A stretch of 63,004 bases of DNA, counting the filler, from Stramenopiles sp. TOSAG23-2 (lineage: Eukaryota), in the NCBI GenBank assembly GCA_900128395.1. It is 5 parts of 5 records of this genome, joined end to end, with 100 filler letters (N's around TTAATTAATTAA, not from the genome) between each part and the next. Parts side by side here need not be neighbours in the genome. Positions count along the whole stretch, not along the records: positions 1 to 12,556 come from LT649846.1; 4 more parts are not named here. One strand, 5' to 3'. The notes below the pieces were generated by a model. It was not told the origin of the DNA. It saw nothing but the letters and a program-made list of their open reading frames with translations, and made no database searches. A program made the translations under genes and the position numbers. Positions 1 through 12,656 of this stretch are shown piece by piece. Each line of letters opens with the position of its first letter. Position 1 is the first letter of the stretch.

Positions 1-44
1 ACACGAGAAGTGTAAAATTATTATAACTTTACGATTTTAACCAT
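1..44. repeat. Dispersed ~45-nt motif, copy 1 (at window/contig start)
   Basis: ACACGAGAAGTGTAAAATTATTATAACTTTACGATTTTAACCAT is near-identical to 44086-44129 and 55906-55950. Confidence 0.85.
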
Positions 45-518
45 ACTCGTATAATATAAAGCACTAAATTCACTAAAGGCTTCTTCATAAAATATTTTTT
101 TGCACTTCTTTTGGTACCAGGTAATGAGACTATTTTATAAAATTGAAATAATTTTATACGAAATAAAAAATCTTAATCTATTTATATTTATATTCTACCA
201 AGTATAATAATCCCCCCCCGCTAATAATTTCACCTTAGCACCTTAATTCTCCGTCTAATGCCAATATATTATCTCTAATTCTAACTAATAAAAAAAGATA
301 TTATTAAAATATACTTCCTACAACTTGAAGATATACAGGATATCTTTATACAAGTAGACAAAAGGAAGACAGCAAGAAGATAAACAGACAGAAGGATACA
401 TCAGAAGAACTGATAATAAAACTAACATACGTATATATGTATTACACAAGCCTTTCATTTGTATAAATTGAAATACATCACATTTTATACATTTTCATAT
501 TTTAAGAACAACAAAATT

Positions 519-2483
519 ATGTCAAAAAAAAAAGAGAAAAGATATAGATGCAGAGAATTAATTGCAGAGTCCTTAGTTGCACAAGGTGTGGAGTTTTGCT
601 TTGGTATTGTTGGATATCCTGTACAAGAGTTGTAAGTTTTCTTTTTTCAATAACAATATTTTTTATGTTGAAACTAACATATGCATTTTTTTTTCCTATT
701 TTCTTTACCATTATAATTACAGAGGCCAAGAAATTCAGGAAGCTGGAATTAAATATATTGGTATGCATAACGAGCAAGCTGCATCCTATGCAGCAGCAGC
801 GGTTGGATATTTAACTGGGCGTCCTGGTGCATGTTTGACAGTAACCGGCCCAGGTATGATACATGCAGTTGCAGGTATGGCAAATGCGCAATCGAATTGC
901 TGGCCAATGATATGCTTGTCTGGTGCCAGTGAAAGATCACAAGATGGTATTGGTTCATTTCAAGAAGCAAAACAATTATTGTATGCACATGAAGCTTGTA
1001 AGTGGTATAATCGTGTACCATCTTATCAATACGTCCCTCGTTTAATTGAACAGGCAGTACGATACTCAATGGCTGGACGCCCAGGTGCATGTTACATTGA
1101 TTTACCAGCTGATGTCATGCGCGAAGCCATACCTAGTGGTAGAGGTAGTATTGAACAACCTCCAATGGGTAAGTTAGACCGATTACATATACATTTTTGA
1201 GACAAATGCATACACACACACACACACATATTTTCTAACATCATTGCAAATAATACAATTATATATATTATAAATATACAGCACCAGGGCAAGGTTTGAC
1301 AGAAGCAAATTCGAGCGAAGTGAAACGTGCAATGGCACTTTTATCTGCTGCAAAAGCACCATTGGTAATTATTGGGAAAGGTGCTGCATTTGGTCGTGCT
1401 GAAGACGAATTGAAACATTTTGTTGAACACACAAATATTCCTTATATTACCGTACCTATGGGTAAAGGTGTCATACCAGATGACCATCCAAATCATGTAG
1501 TTCCAGCACGTTCTACTGCATTAAAAGAAGCGGATATAGTATTGTTAGTTGGTGCACGTTTAAATTGGATCTTACATTTCGGTGGCCCACCTCGCTATGA
1601 TCCAAATGTTCGCTTTATTAAGATTGATGTGTACGAAGAAGAAATGCATAACTCCAAACCTGCAGAAGTAGCATTGGTCGGTAATGCAAAATGTGTCATT
1701 GCACAAATGAATGAAGTGCATGCGTCGAATCCATGGAAATACGACAATAATTCAACATATTGGAACAATTTAAGAAGTACAATTGCTAAAAATAAGAAGA
1801 TTTCTGCTGACTTAGGTTCAGATAAATCTTCCCCATTGAATTACTATGCAACTCTACAATGCATCCAAAGCCATTTGCCACGAGATGCTTTTATCATGTC
1901 CGAAGGTGCAAATACAATGGATATTGGACGTACCATATTGGATAATTATTTACCGCGTTCTCGACTAGATGCTGGTACATTCGGGACTATGGGTGTCGGG
2001 CTAGGTCAGTTGATCGCAGCGGCAGTTGTTCATCCAGATCGCAAAGTTGTTGGTGTTATGGGTGACAGCGCATTTGGTTTTAGCGCAATGGAGTATGAAA
2101 CAGTAGTACGCTTTCAAATGAATGTTTTGATAATTATTTTGAATAATAATGGAATTGGTGGTGGTCCACGGAATTGGAAAAAAGAATGGGATACACCAAT
2201 GGGTGCAGTTGACTCTCCAGTAAATTCATTAAATCCAGCTATTCGATATGAAAAATTGACTGAGGCATTTGGTGGTCGTGCATTCTATGCAACAACATAT
2301 GATGAAGTGAACAAATTGACACCAGAAGCAATTGCGCATAAAGGACCTGCAATTTTCCATATTCGAATTAATGTACGTGCAAATCGAAAAAAACAAGAAT
2401 TTCCATTTGGTAGTATGCAATCCATGTTAGCTGGTAGTGCACCAGTTGCTAAAAACAAAACAAACGGCAATTCAAAATTATAA
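519..2483 (+). CDS. HACL1: 2-hydroxyacyl-CoA lyase / oxalyl-CoA decarboxylase family TPP enzyme, peroxisomal; 3 exons (519-631, 723-1168, 1282-2483)
   Basis: Exon 1 reads [43 protein letters not shown]...AG introns at 632-722 and 1169-1281 restore the frame into [21 protein letters not shown] and the TPP motif GDSAFGFS...NNNG. C-terminal SKL (PTS1). Confidence 0.93.
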
Positions 2484-2722
2484 AAATTTATAATATGAAT
2501 GTAAACCTTGGACACAAAGTGTTGGAATAATGGAACACACCAAAAATTTGGAGAAAATGAAAAGAAAAATTCTGCTGCGGTATTTTGGTATATATAAAAT
2601 ACAGTGTTTGTATGCGGAAATGTATTAGAAAAATTACAAAATGCGTATAGATATATGTATTAATGCGAGTATATATACATGTGTGTGTGTATGTGTACGC
2701 AAAAAAGATTGAAAATAATCAT

Positions 2723-2758
<36 letters not shown>

Positions 2759-3121
2759 CCATATAAATATACGAAGTTAAAGTATGATGTACGAATATAT
2801 TAGAGTATATATATTTAATTAATGCATAATTTATATTAGAGTATATTAAACAGAAAGAGTAGTAAAAGAGAGTAAAATTAAAAAAAATTACGCGAGAGAT
2901 GTGTATGATATGCATTAATGAAATTAAATATAATACGAACTTCGTATATTTTATTATGATATATATATATTCAAATTATGACCTCTTCTCCCCCTTGTTT
3001 TCTCACACGCTCTGCTCGTCCTCTCTAATTCTAGTCCACCCCGCCGTCAATTTTTTTTTATGTTTTATAAAAAAATAAAAAGTGTAATATTAATACTTTT
3101 TAGATCAATTCAAAACTTATC

Positions 3122-4424
3122 TCACAAAAATGGTAATGCAAGAGGTCTTTTCAAACACCATGATTGTTTCTCAAGAGAATCTACTACTGTCTTTACTTTT
3201 GATGCTAACGTTTCATCAGTTGTTATGACAAATGGAACATTTTGTTTATCCAAGATAGGTATTTGCAATACCGCATAAATAGATACACCATTTTCCTCGC
3301 ATATTTGACCAACTGTACGTATGATTCCTGTAGCATCCCGTATGTTAATTCGTATATAAAATTTACCAGGATAATCCGTTTGATGGGTTAAATTGTTTTT
3401 CAATGGAAATGGTTTTGGTGATTTCTTCATTGATATTTCAAGCATATCACTAACAATGGAAGTAGCAGTTGGAAATCTCCCAGCCCCTGCACCGACATAA
3501 TACGTAGTGCCTAAATATTTTGATCTAACTTCCACAATGTTAGTAGCGCCATTCACACTTGCAATTGTATTTGATAGAGGAACAATAACAGGTGAAACGA
3601 AGATTTCTGCACCTGTCCCATCGTTTACGCTTTTACATACTCCTAACAATTTAATTTTACTTTTTAAAATCTTTGCATACTCGAAATCATCTGCTGTCAA
3701 TGTAGATATTCCAGTGCAGGATATGCTTTCATCTTTTATCCATGTGCCGAGTGTTAAACGGCATAACAAAGATATCTTTGATCTTGCATCATGGCCTTCC
3801 ACATCGGCAGTAGGGTCAGCTTCTGCAAAACCAAGATCTTGCGCTTCTTTCAATGCAGCTTCATAGGAACAACCAGTTTGATCCATTTTAGTTAACATAT
3901 AATTTGTAGTTCCATTTAATATACCAGAAACTTGCAGCACCTCATCTGCAGCGATTACATCTCGTTGGAGAGATTTTATCACAGGTATTCCGCCACCAAC
4001 AGCAGCTTCAAATGCAAATCGTGCACCACCACTACTATTTTTTTTCAACAAGTTTCTCGATTTCATCTAAATGATATGATATCAACGCTTTATTTGCTGT
4101 CACAACAGATTTTTTTGCCTCTAGACCACCAAATACAACTTTTTTAGCAGCACCTAATCCACCCATGACTTCTACAATCAAATCAATCGACTCATCAGCA
4201 AAAATTTCCTGTAAATTAGATGTTAGATTTGCACCTTCTGGTACATCAAAATCACGTTTTTTCGAGACGTTGCGGACTAAAATAGATTTAATGTTAAATT
4301 GAATACCCAGTTTCGCAAATATATCTTGTCGTTCTTTAATTATTTGACAGACACCACCTCCAACGATACCAGCACCACATAACGCGACATTAATAGTTTT
4401 TACAGAAGCTGCAATAGAAGACAT
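3122..4424 (-). CDS. hom: Homoserine dehydrogenase with C-terminal ACT domain, split by a +1 frameshift at an A8 run (4038-4045)
   Basis: ORF 4035-4424 has the Rossmann motif GAGIVGGG, IVEVMGG and VVTANKA. ORF 3122-4066 continues with FEAAVGGGIPVI, GILNGTTNY, AEADPTADVEGHD, GAGAGRFPTA and an ACT-like tail. The halves join at GAA AAA AAA TAG. Confidence 0.88.
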
Positions 4425-4978
4425 TGCTTTTTTTATTTTGTTTATTTCAATAGAATATATATAATCTGTCCATATGTTGACAATATATATTTAGAGAGTG
4501 TATATGGACTTGCGTATTATCTATCTATATATATTATTGTGACGTTATATAAAAACATTTTATATAATATAATATTTATTTTTTTAGATTAGTGCATCAT
4601 TACCTAGTGCTTAGTGCTATACTACTACAGGTTAAGGTACCACAACATAAATTAAAATATGTGTGGCCAGACGAAGAGAGTTCATATAGCACAATATAAA
4701 TAATAGTATTAGAAGTTAGTATAAGAATAGCACAATACCTGGTGAATTTTTTTTTTGTATGTAGGCACGTAGATATATTAATAATATTAAAGATATATAT
4801 ATAGATTAACACAGATTTACGAAGTAGGAATCTATAATAGTTATACATAGTATATTTTATACAGCAAAATTTGTATAAAGAATCATTTAAAATCATCAAA
4901 TAGATACTCAGTTTTTAGATTTGATAAATTCGAGTAGTATATATTTTATATCTAAACAAATTAAATCGTTAATAAGGC

Positions 4979-6922
4979 ATGTTACGACAGTTAGCTCATC
5001 CAAAACAATTTTTCAATCATTATATTATACGAAAAAATATTATTATAAAAAATAATAAAATCGCGTGTGCAATATTTAGTCGTACTACAACATCAACAAC
5101 CAGTACTAAACAACCAGCAGCTGGTGAAAAATTTGTGGAAAGCATTGGTTGGCATCCAAAACAATTAGTTGTACCTTCGGAGAAGACAAATCGTTTTAAA
5201 TTTGTCCCAGCGGCACTTGCAAACCATGTCTGTTTAGGAGGAATATTCGCTTGGTCTGTATTTAATAAACCGTTAACATCCATGTATGGTGTAGTAGCAC
5301 CAGCTGGATCGGATTGGTTACTTGCGGAAGCAACACCCGTGTTTTCATTGGTTATGGGCGGTTTTATTTGGGGGGCAATCTTTGGTAAATATTTAGATGC
5401 ATGGGGGCCACGAGTTTCCTGTTTAATCGGTGCAGCTGGTTTGGGTGGTGGATATTGTATCGTTGCAGCTGGTGCTGCAATACATAGTTTGCCAATTATT
5501 TATTTAGGTGGATTGACATGGGGACTTTGTAATGGTTGGGCGTATACACCACCAGTTGCTACTTTATTGAAATGGTTTCCAGATAGAAAAGGGCTTGCAT
5601 CTGGAATGTGCATTGCTGGATATGGTGGTGGGGGAGCATTGGGAACATATGTTGGTACTCAATTACAACAATATTTTCGTAAAGCTCCTGAATATTTAGG
5701 ACCAAGTGATTCAATACAATATGAAAATGTTGGTGGTCAATTATTTGTTAAGAATGGTGAAGAAATGCGTGAGATTGTCATTGCAACCGCAGCAGATGTA
5801 TCTACGTGGGTCGATGAAGGTTTATTAGAAGGTGTGTATGCAGTTGGAACAGGTTCAACAGGTTTAATAGAAACATTTGCATGTATGGGTGCATTATATG
5901 CACCAATTATGGTTATATCATCCTTTGTATATAAATTACCACCTGCAGGATATGCGCCGGAAGGTGCAAAATCGTCGGCAACCAATATTGAAAAAGAAGA
6001 AGAGCAACAACAAAAACAATCATCATCTGCAGTAACTTTAACTGAACACAATGTAGATGCAGAAGTTGCAACACGTACGAAACAATTTGGATTATTATAT
6101 TTAGGTTTTGGATGTGTAGCAACTGGTGCATATGGCTTCATTGGTGCTGGGAAAACATTAATATACGATGGGTTTGCATCTAATTTGCCTGAGATTGTAA
6201 CACCAGCATTTGCCACTGCATTTGTTGGTGCGATAGGGATTGCAAATTTATCTGGTAGATTAGTATGGCCAGCACTGTCTGATAAATTAGCTGAATGGAA
6301 AGGCGGGGATCCATTTTATGGTCGAAGATTGGCTTTTAGTTTGATGTGGGGTATTTGTCCTGCTATGTATTTAGGTGTAGTATGGGCAGTTCATGAATGT
6401 GCAGTAAATCCATCTGCTTTGCCACTTGCAGTATTTTACGGATCTGTTTTAGGTATTATCTCTAGTTTTGGTGGTGCAGCTGCTGGTCGACCAGCTTTGA
6501 TTGGTGATTTATACGGTTTAAAAAATGTTGGTAATTTAGCCGCTAGACAATTAAGTGTGGTTATGCCAGCAGCGTTTTTAGGACCATATATCGTAGCAAC
6601 AATGCGTGAAAGTGCATCAATAGATGCAATTAAAGAGTTATGTTTAAATATTGATGATTCAGCATTTACAAATGCATTTGCTGCTGGGAAAGATCAACTT
6701 GATACATTAATTGAGCAGAAAACAGTAACTATTAGTCGTTTAATGGAAATTGCACCACCAGGTACAATTGATCCGACACCATTTTTGTATGATAATTGTT
6801 TGATTCTATTAGCTGGGATCCAAACTACAGCATTGTTGACAAATTGGGCATTAACTCCTGTTGATCCAGCTTTACACGAGAAGGAAGAGGGAGAAAATAA
6901 CAACAACAACAAAGAGGATTGA
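4979..6922 (+). CDS. MFS transporter, oxalate:formate antiporter (OFA/OxlT)-like
   Basis: About 12 hydrophobic segments; family motifs FAWSVFNKPL, GKYLDAWGPR, YTPPVATLLKWFPDRKGLASG, ANLSGRLVWPALSD. Confidence 0.85.
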   Translation: MLRQLAHPKQFFNHYIIRKNIIIKNNKIACAIFSRTTTSTTSTKQPAAGEKFVESIGWHPKQLVVPSEKTNRFKFVPAALANHVCLGGIFAWSVFNKPLTSMYGVVAPAGSDWLLAEATPVFSLVMGGFIWGAIFGKYLDAWGPRVSCLIGAAGLGGGYCIVAAGAAIHSLPIIYLGGLTWGLCNGWAYTPPVATLLKWFPDRKGLASGMCIAGYGGGGALGTYVGTQLQQYFRKAPEYLGPSDSIQYENVGGQLFVKNGEEMREIVIATAADVSTWVDEGLLEGVYAVGTGSTGLIETFACMGALYAPIMVISSFVYKLPPAGYAPEGAKSSATNIEKEEEQQQKQSSSAVTLTEHNVDAEVATRTKQFGLLYLGFGCVATGAYGFIGAGKTLIYDGFASNLPEIVTPAFATAFVGAIGIANLSGRLVWPALSDKLAEWKGGDPFYGRRLAFSLMWGICPAMYLGVVWAVHECAVNPSALPLAVFYGSVLGIISSFGGAAAGRPALIGDLYGLKNVGNLAARQLSVVMPAAFLGPYIVATMRESASIDAIKELCLNIDDSAFTNAFAAGKDQLDTLIEQKTVTISRLMEIAPPGTIDPTPFLYDNCLILLAGIQTTALLTNWALTPVDPALHEKEEGENNNNNKED

Positions 6923-7417
6923 TAGTTTAAATTTGTATACACTGAGGAAAGGTACATATTAATAGTGTACATTTTATATAATACCTGGAGAGTGTATACT
7001 TCTCGTATTTATTATTTTTTATTTTTTTTTTATATATAGACACGAACGCGCTTCGTATTAAAATAAAAAATATTTTTCAAGATATATATATTAAATAAGA
7101 GAATTTTTTATAATATTAAAAAAATATATTAATATTCTTTAATATTGCCGTCTGCACATTATGGATATCATATTATTAATATTACTCGTACTCGTACAGT
7201 ATTATATGATGTGTACATAATATCCGATCACATGTGCACATCAAACCAGGAGGAGAAGATATTTTTTTTTTCTTCATCAATTTTCTTCCGCACACAATCC
7301 TTCACCAAGATATAAAATATATAAAAATTAGGAATAAATATAATTTCGAAAGAATAAAGGAAGAAAATAGAAATACTGATATATATACATACATAAACAA
7401 TTAAATATAAAGAAGCA

Positions 7418-9256
7418 ATGTATCGACGAATTTTTTTATTTGCATTTATAGTATTGTTGTTATGTCTGACGAAACATATCGATGGTCGGCCGAAAAAAAA
7501 AAAGCAAAAACAATCAAAAAAAAATAATGATAATAATGTTAATAATAAGAAAAAGAATGAAAAAAAAAAGAAAGTAAAAAAGCCTTTATATGACCAAACA
7601 AAAGTGAAAAGTACGTCAGAGAAAGCATTATTAGATATCATTGAAATAGCGGATGAGTTCGACTCCGAGAATAAAGATGAAATGAAAAAAAAAATCCAGG
7701 AATTAAAAAAAGCATATGTATTTTTTAAAAAATGGAAACATCAAGTTGGTCCAGATACAGCATATGCTTTAGGGCGGAGATTGTTGGAACATGAAGATAA
7801 TGTCGAAGCAGAAGATGCATTTCAACATGCATTGAAACATTTACCAGATTCCCCGGATGCAAAATTATCATTGGCCATATCACAGCTACAGCAGGGAACG
7901 TTTATTTCAGCTCAAAAAGCATATTTATCATTAGGTAATGTAAAACAAAGAGACTTTGGTACAAATGATAGGTTATCAATCTCACAATATATTTTTGCTG
8001 AAGCTTTGAGGCAATCATTTCGATATGAAGATAGTATTCAAGTATATGAAAAATTTTTATCTCTTAGAAGCAATATAACCAAAGACAAAGATGTGATACA
8101 AGATACCATTACTAATTATTTTTCAGCATGTTTAGAATCAGATATAAAACCAAAATTAGATTTAGTACGTATAGCATGTGATAAAATTAAAACATTTCGT
8201 TGTTATGAACATTTAGGTGGATGGTATATGCATCTAAATAAAATTAAAAAAGCGAAAAAATATTTTAATAAAGCATTAAAATTCGCCGGTCCTAAATTTA
8301 CAGCATTTTATAATCTTAAAGAACATGATGCCATATTTCCTGTCCCGCCAACGACAGGAGTGGTTGATGAAGATGCTAATATGATTGTGCCAGAGAAAGT
8401 CATAGTAAAGCGCGATTTTATATCATTGGAAGAAGCGGATGGCCTTGCTGATATTTTAGATGAAAGTGTTGAAAGTTATTTAAAATTACCCAGAAGAATA
8501 TGTTATAAAAGCGGCTCTGCACCAACTGATTTGTATCCATATTTATACAAGGATAAAACAAAGGTTGGGTATGATTGCTTAAACGAAACGGTAAAGTTAC
8601 ATGATGATGCATTTATTAGTAACAATAAGAACGCGGAAGAGGGTGGTGATAGCAAATTTTCAAAGCATATAATTAACCATATGCCAAGTTACAGCACAAG
8701 CATATTCATAGATAATAAAGATGTACCTCTTGTTCAGAATATAGAACATCGAATATTTAAAACATTTGGTTTAAATAATCGAGATGGATGGCCAATGCAA
8801 TTGTTAAAATATCCAACTGATGTTGGCTATGCGCCGCATACAGATTGTACGTTAGAACGATTGGATCCATTAGATCGTTCATTTACTGTATTAATATACT
8901 TAAATCATGTACGAAGTGGCGGTTCCACAAGGTTTCCAAAATTATCAAAAGAAATCATAGCTGAACGTGGGACTGCAGTAATATTTCCCTCTATAGATGC
9001 CGATGGGCATTGTACACCATTAATGATCCATGAGGGTATGAAAGTATTAGGAAATAAACCAAAATATATTTTACAAAAATGGTATAGGCGTTCTGGGCAT
9101 CGTCGTAGAATATCAAACTCGAATTATTTTTCATTTCACAGCGAGGTAAAAGATAAGAAAGAGCCTCGTATTTTATGTGATTTATCCAAAAGTTGCAGAG
9201 AGTATATACCTGTTGATTATTCCTTAATAAATCATATGACAAAAGAGGAATTGTAA
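7418..9256 (+). CDS. ER-luminal TPR + prolyl 4-hydroxylase-like 2OG-Fe(II) oxygenase
   Basis: Signal peptide; TPR-like helices; QLLKY...YAPHTD (HxD), TVLIYLN...GGSTRFP, distal His (IHEG) and 2OG-binding Lys (KYILQKW); C-terminal KEEL ER-retention signal. Confidence 0.85.
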   Translation: MYRRIFLFAFIVLLLCLTKHIDGRPKKKKQKQSKKNNDNNVNNKKKNEKKKKVKKPLYDQTKVKSTSEKALLDIIEIADEFDSENKDEMKKKIQELKKAYVFFKKWKHQVGPDTAYALGRRLLEHEDNVEAEDAFQHALKHLPDSPDAKLSLAISQLQQGTFISAQKAYLSLGNVKQRDFGTNDRLSISQYIFAEALRQSFRYEDSIQVYEKFLSLRSNITKDKDVIQDTITNYFSACLESDIKPKLDLVRIACDKIKTFRCYEHLGGWYMHLNKIKKAKKYFNKALKFAGPKFTAFYNLKEHDAIFPVPPTTGVVDEDANMIVPEKVIVKRDFISLEEADGLADILDESVESYLKLPRRICYKSGSAPTDLYPYLYKDKTKVGYDCLNETVKLHDDAFISNNKNAEEGGDSKFSKHIINHMPSYSTSIFIDNKDVPLVQNIEHRIFKTFGLNNRDGWPMQLLKYPTDVGYAPHTDCTLERLDPLDRSFTVLIYLNHVRSGGSTRFPKLSKEIIAERGTAVIFPSIDADGHCTPLMIHEGMKVLGNKPKYILQKWYRRSGHRRRISNSNYFSFHSEVKDKKEPRILCDLSKSCREYIPVDYSLINHMTKEEL

Positions 9257-9709
9257 AAAAAGTCTCTCAGTATATATATATGATAATACAATATATTAAA
9301 ATGAGATACGATCGTAATCTAGATATGATACGAAGGCACATGTACGAAGTATTATATATGTATCATATTAAATGATGTACTAGCCACTAGCCGTACGAAA
9401 TTATGAAAATTTAAATGTGGTCGGGTAGTGTGGTGTGTCTTCCTGGGAAAACGTAGATTTGGACCTGGAAGATCTAATAAATAATAAATGGGTGTCTAGA
9501 GAAAGTGTGCTGCTCACTGCCCAGGTAATGAGATTTTATTAAAAAGAGTGTGTGTGTACGTAAAAAAAAAATGTACGAATAAGAAGTATGATATGATATT
9601 TTATATAATATGCATTTTTACTAAAATATTAAATATTCGTAAAAACCCTGGCATGTGAAATGTGTCCTCTGGGTTTACCTTGATTTACATTAAAAAGACG
9701 AGGAAAAAA

Positions 9710-11275
9710 TTATTTAGCCCGTTTTATCAATTCGTGTAATTTAAATTGATTGCGTATCATACTCCTAACATCTTGCTGTGTTCGTAACCGCTCAAGAAAT
9801 GGCAATAGCTTCAATAATTCTGTGTCTTTATCATCATCAAACCAACTTTCGATTGGAATACCATTTTCTACTTGATATCCAAATGCATGTGGAGAGTTAT
9901 CAACTAATACGGTTTGAGACAAGTCTCGTCCTAGTGCAGTTAAATCTTTCAAATAATTGCCTTCAACTGCTAAACACGAATCGCGGTATAATCGATATTT
10001 AATATATTTACCTTGTGGATCTAATATATCCAATAGCTTTTCTGCATATACGCGTTGCGATGCAGTGAATATTGTTACTTCAAAGTTTTTGCATACACTT
10101 TGCAAAAAATATTCAAAGTTTGGGCGTTTGCGTACATACACAGTGTACTCTACACCATTAAAATTTACTGGGAACGTTAAGTCTGCATTTGGTACCGGTT
10201 CTATACTACAATGCACTAATGTTTCGTCAAGGTCTAATACTAGAGATATTCGTGGTGCATTCTTTTCTTTTGGTGGCAATACAAATTTGGTCCTATGTGC
10301 TGGTGTCACAGTACGATGTGGTGGTAACGTTTTTATAAAAGCATATGGATTAAATGCATCAGGATCATCGTCTTCCTCCTCCTCCTCACCATCATCAACA
10401 ACATTTTCATACTGTTCTGTCTCATTATCTTCAATATCTTGTACGTGCATTGCTGTTGTTTCATTTCCATTAGATTTAGTTGGTGACATTAAACTATTGC
10501 GTTGTTGTTGCTGCTCTTGTTCTTGCTGCATGGATAATGCAGCTGTTGTACCAGCAGCACTATTACTTGGTGAATTATATAATTCTTCATTTTGGACTTC
10601 ATATTGTTGTGGTTGCTGCTGCAATTGTTCTTGTTCTTGTCCGTCTGTTTCACCCCATCCTACATAATTCAATACAGGGGAAAATATAACATTTAAAAAT
10701 GAATTTGGGCTTAATATAGTATTATTCTCGTTACTGTCATTTACATTACTACTACTTGTAGCATTAATATCATCGTCTTGTTTTGAAATTTCACCATTAT
10801 AGTTTTTAATTATATTATCATTTAAAACAGGAGGGGAAATAGTATCAATATTTAACATATAATTGTTTTTTTCATTGCTGTCACTATTATTATTTGTATC
10901 ATTATTATTATTGTATATTGATGTTGTTGGCTGTGGGCTATACATATTTTCAGCTACGTCACGCTGATTCCTTTTCTTATTATTCGGTGTAGCCGATGCA
11001 ATAGGAGTTAAGCATTTATTTGCAATACGACTATTGGCAATATTTTTTTGAGGTGTTAACATTTGCTGTTGCGCCTGTTGTTGTTGCTGCTGTTGGTTGC
11101 CATTGCCATTATTTATCATATTTGCAGCAACTACTGTTTTTTTAATATTTATTTGTTGGTGTTGCAAAGTTGAAATTTTGTGATTATTTTTATTGTTGTT
11201 ATTCACAGTCTTTGGTTTACTTGGTGAGTTTTTCTTTGCTGTTACTTTTTTATTTTGGTGTGAATTTTTTGGCAT
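9710..11275 (-). CDS. CTD small phosphatase-like (SCP/FCP1 HAD family, CTDSPL2-like)
   Basis: [11 protein letters not shown] catalytic motif, [30 protein letters not shown]; low-complexity N/Q-rich N-terminus. Confidence 0.92.
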   Translation of the reverse strand: MPKNSHQNKKVTAKKNSPSKPKTVNNNNKNNHKISTLQHQQINIKKTVVAANMINNGNGNQQQQQQQAQQQMLTPQKNIANSRIANKCLTPIASATPNNKKRNQRDVAENMYSPQPTTSIYNNNNDTNNNSDSNEKNNYMLNIDTISPPVLNDNIIKNYNGEISKQDDDINATSSSNVNDSNENNTILSPNSFLNVIFSPVLNYVGWGETDGQEQEQLQQQPQQYEVQNEELYNSPSNSAAGTTAALSMQQEQEQQQQRNSLMSPTKSNGNETTAMHVQDIEDNETEQYENVVDDGEEEEEDDDPDAFNPYAFIKTLPPHRTVTPAHRTKFVLPPKEKNAPRISLVLDLDETLVHCSIEPVPNADLTFPVNFNGVEYTVYVRKRPNFEYFLQSVCKNFEVTIFTASQRVYAEKLLDILDPQGKYIKYRLYRDSCLAVEGNYLKDLTALGRDLSQTVLVDNSPHAFGYQVENGIPIESWFDDDKDTELLKLLPFLERLRTQQDVRSMIRNQFKLHELIKRAK

Positions 11276-12556
11276 TTATATAATGTAAGAAATGTTGGTT
11301 GTATTTTAACGTTATTATAGTAGTTTGTATTGGCACTATATATATATATATATATATATATGTAAATAATATTGTTTGGTTGTAAAAACGTATAACAATA
11401 TATATACAATAATGTGTATGTATTTTTACGTGTTTAAAAAGCAGTTAATTTGATGATGTAGCAAAACAAAAAAAAACTGATATACTAAATAATAAAACAA
11501 AAGCACACGTAGTAGTAATTCTATTCTTCTATTTTTATTATTGATGTTGTTATTGATAATCTATATATTTCTATATCTTTTATATTATTAATATTCTATT
11601 TATAGTCGTCTCCCATATATATCTCTATGTATATATTCTATATTTGAATATATTCTCAAATAATAGTAAATAGTGGAGTGGTTTTGATTTTACTACTACT
11701 GTATTTTAATGTTAATGTGGTGCAATAGTGGTGCAGTGCAGCTATCCATACATTGATGATTTGCATTCAAAAATTACAATATTAGGAGCTAATTTATTTA
11801 GATTTGAAAATTGCACAATTTAATAAATAATTCTTGAATAATTTCAATAATTCTAGAATAATGTGGATTTAAAAATAAATTCCAATAATATAGGGTAACG
11901 TAAGTACAATTTTAGTACTGTTATGACAAATGCTTTATACCTTAAATTCTCATCAAAAATATCAGAGAGAAGGAATTAGAATGTGGATGATATACAACTC
12001 GTCTAATTTTTAGGCTGGACAAACACGGAGTTTTCAACTCGTCTGAAATTTTAGCTAATGTTGTGAACGGCCTAGCGCGCCCAAAAATGCGGCGGCCCTT
12101 TCCATTCAAGTCTAATGTAAAGTGTACAGGGCACACCATAGGCCATGCCCCAAAGATATTTGTACTTGTTAATACTCTACCGATCCTATTTAAAATGATC
12201 GAGCGATTTTCCGGCCAGATCCTTATCTACCGAATCTTATTGGAATATTCTATTTTTAAATACAATAAAGTAAAATAGTAGAAATTTTTTTACACGCATC
12301 TCTCGTATAGTACTCTTGTAAGTATAATTACTTGCGCCTGTTGAAAAGAAATTAATTTTATAAACATATTTTACTTTCGACAGGATTTTGTTGTTTGCAT
12401 GGAGGGGTGATTTTAATAAGGCAAATATTAAATATTATAATACGAAATTAACACAAGGTATTGATTTTTTTATATTTTAAAAAGGGGCCCGACCTCTACC
12501 GGCATAAAAAAAGATTTTTCACTCGCGGGTAGAACTATTCAATAAATAATGAATAC

Positions 12557-12656
12557 NNNNNNNNNNNNNNNNNNNNNNNNNNNNNNNNNNNNNNNNNNNN
12601 TTAATTAATTAANNNNNNNNNNNNNNNNNNNNNNNNNNNNNNNNNNNNNNNNNNNN
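12557..12656. other. Artificial contig spacer (44N-TTAATTAATTAA-44N)
   Basis: Identical 100-nt construct with stops in all six frames, recurring four times. Confidence 0.97.

Noticed and set aside
9437..9680. Small hairpins between the P4H and SCP genes as an ncRNA or SECIS
   Set aside because: Short imperfect stems with no recognisable family motifs, and no in-frame UGA in the flanking genes.
9957..10667. Long antisense ORFs (e.g. 9957-10667, 5737-6216, 49741-50322 and many within 28291-37137)
   Set aside because: Shadow frames of well-supported genes on the opposite strand; no independent motifs.
12601..12612. Recurrent palindrome TTAATTAATTAA as a biological repeat
   Set aside because: Always centred in exactly 44+44 Ns; a six-frame-stop assembly linker.
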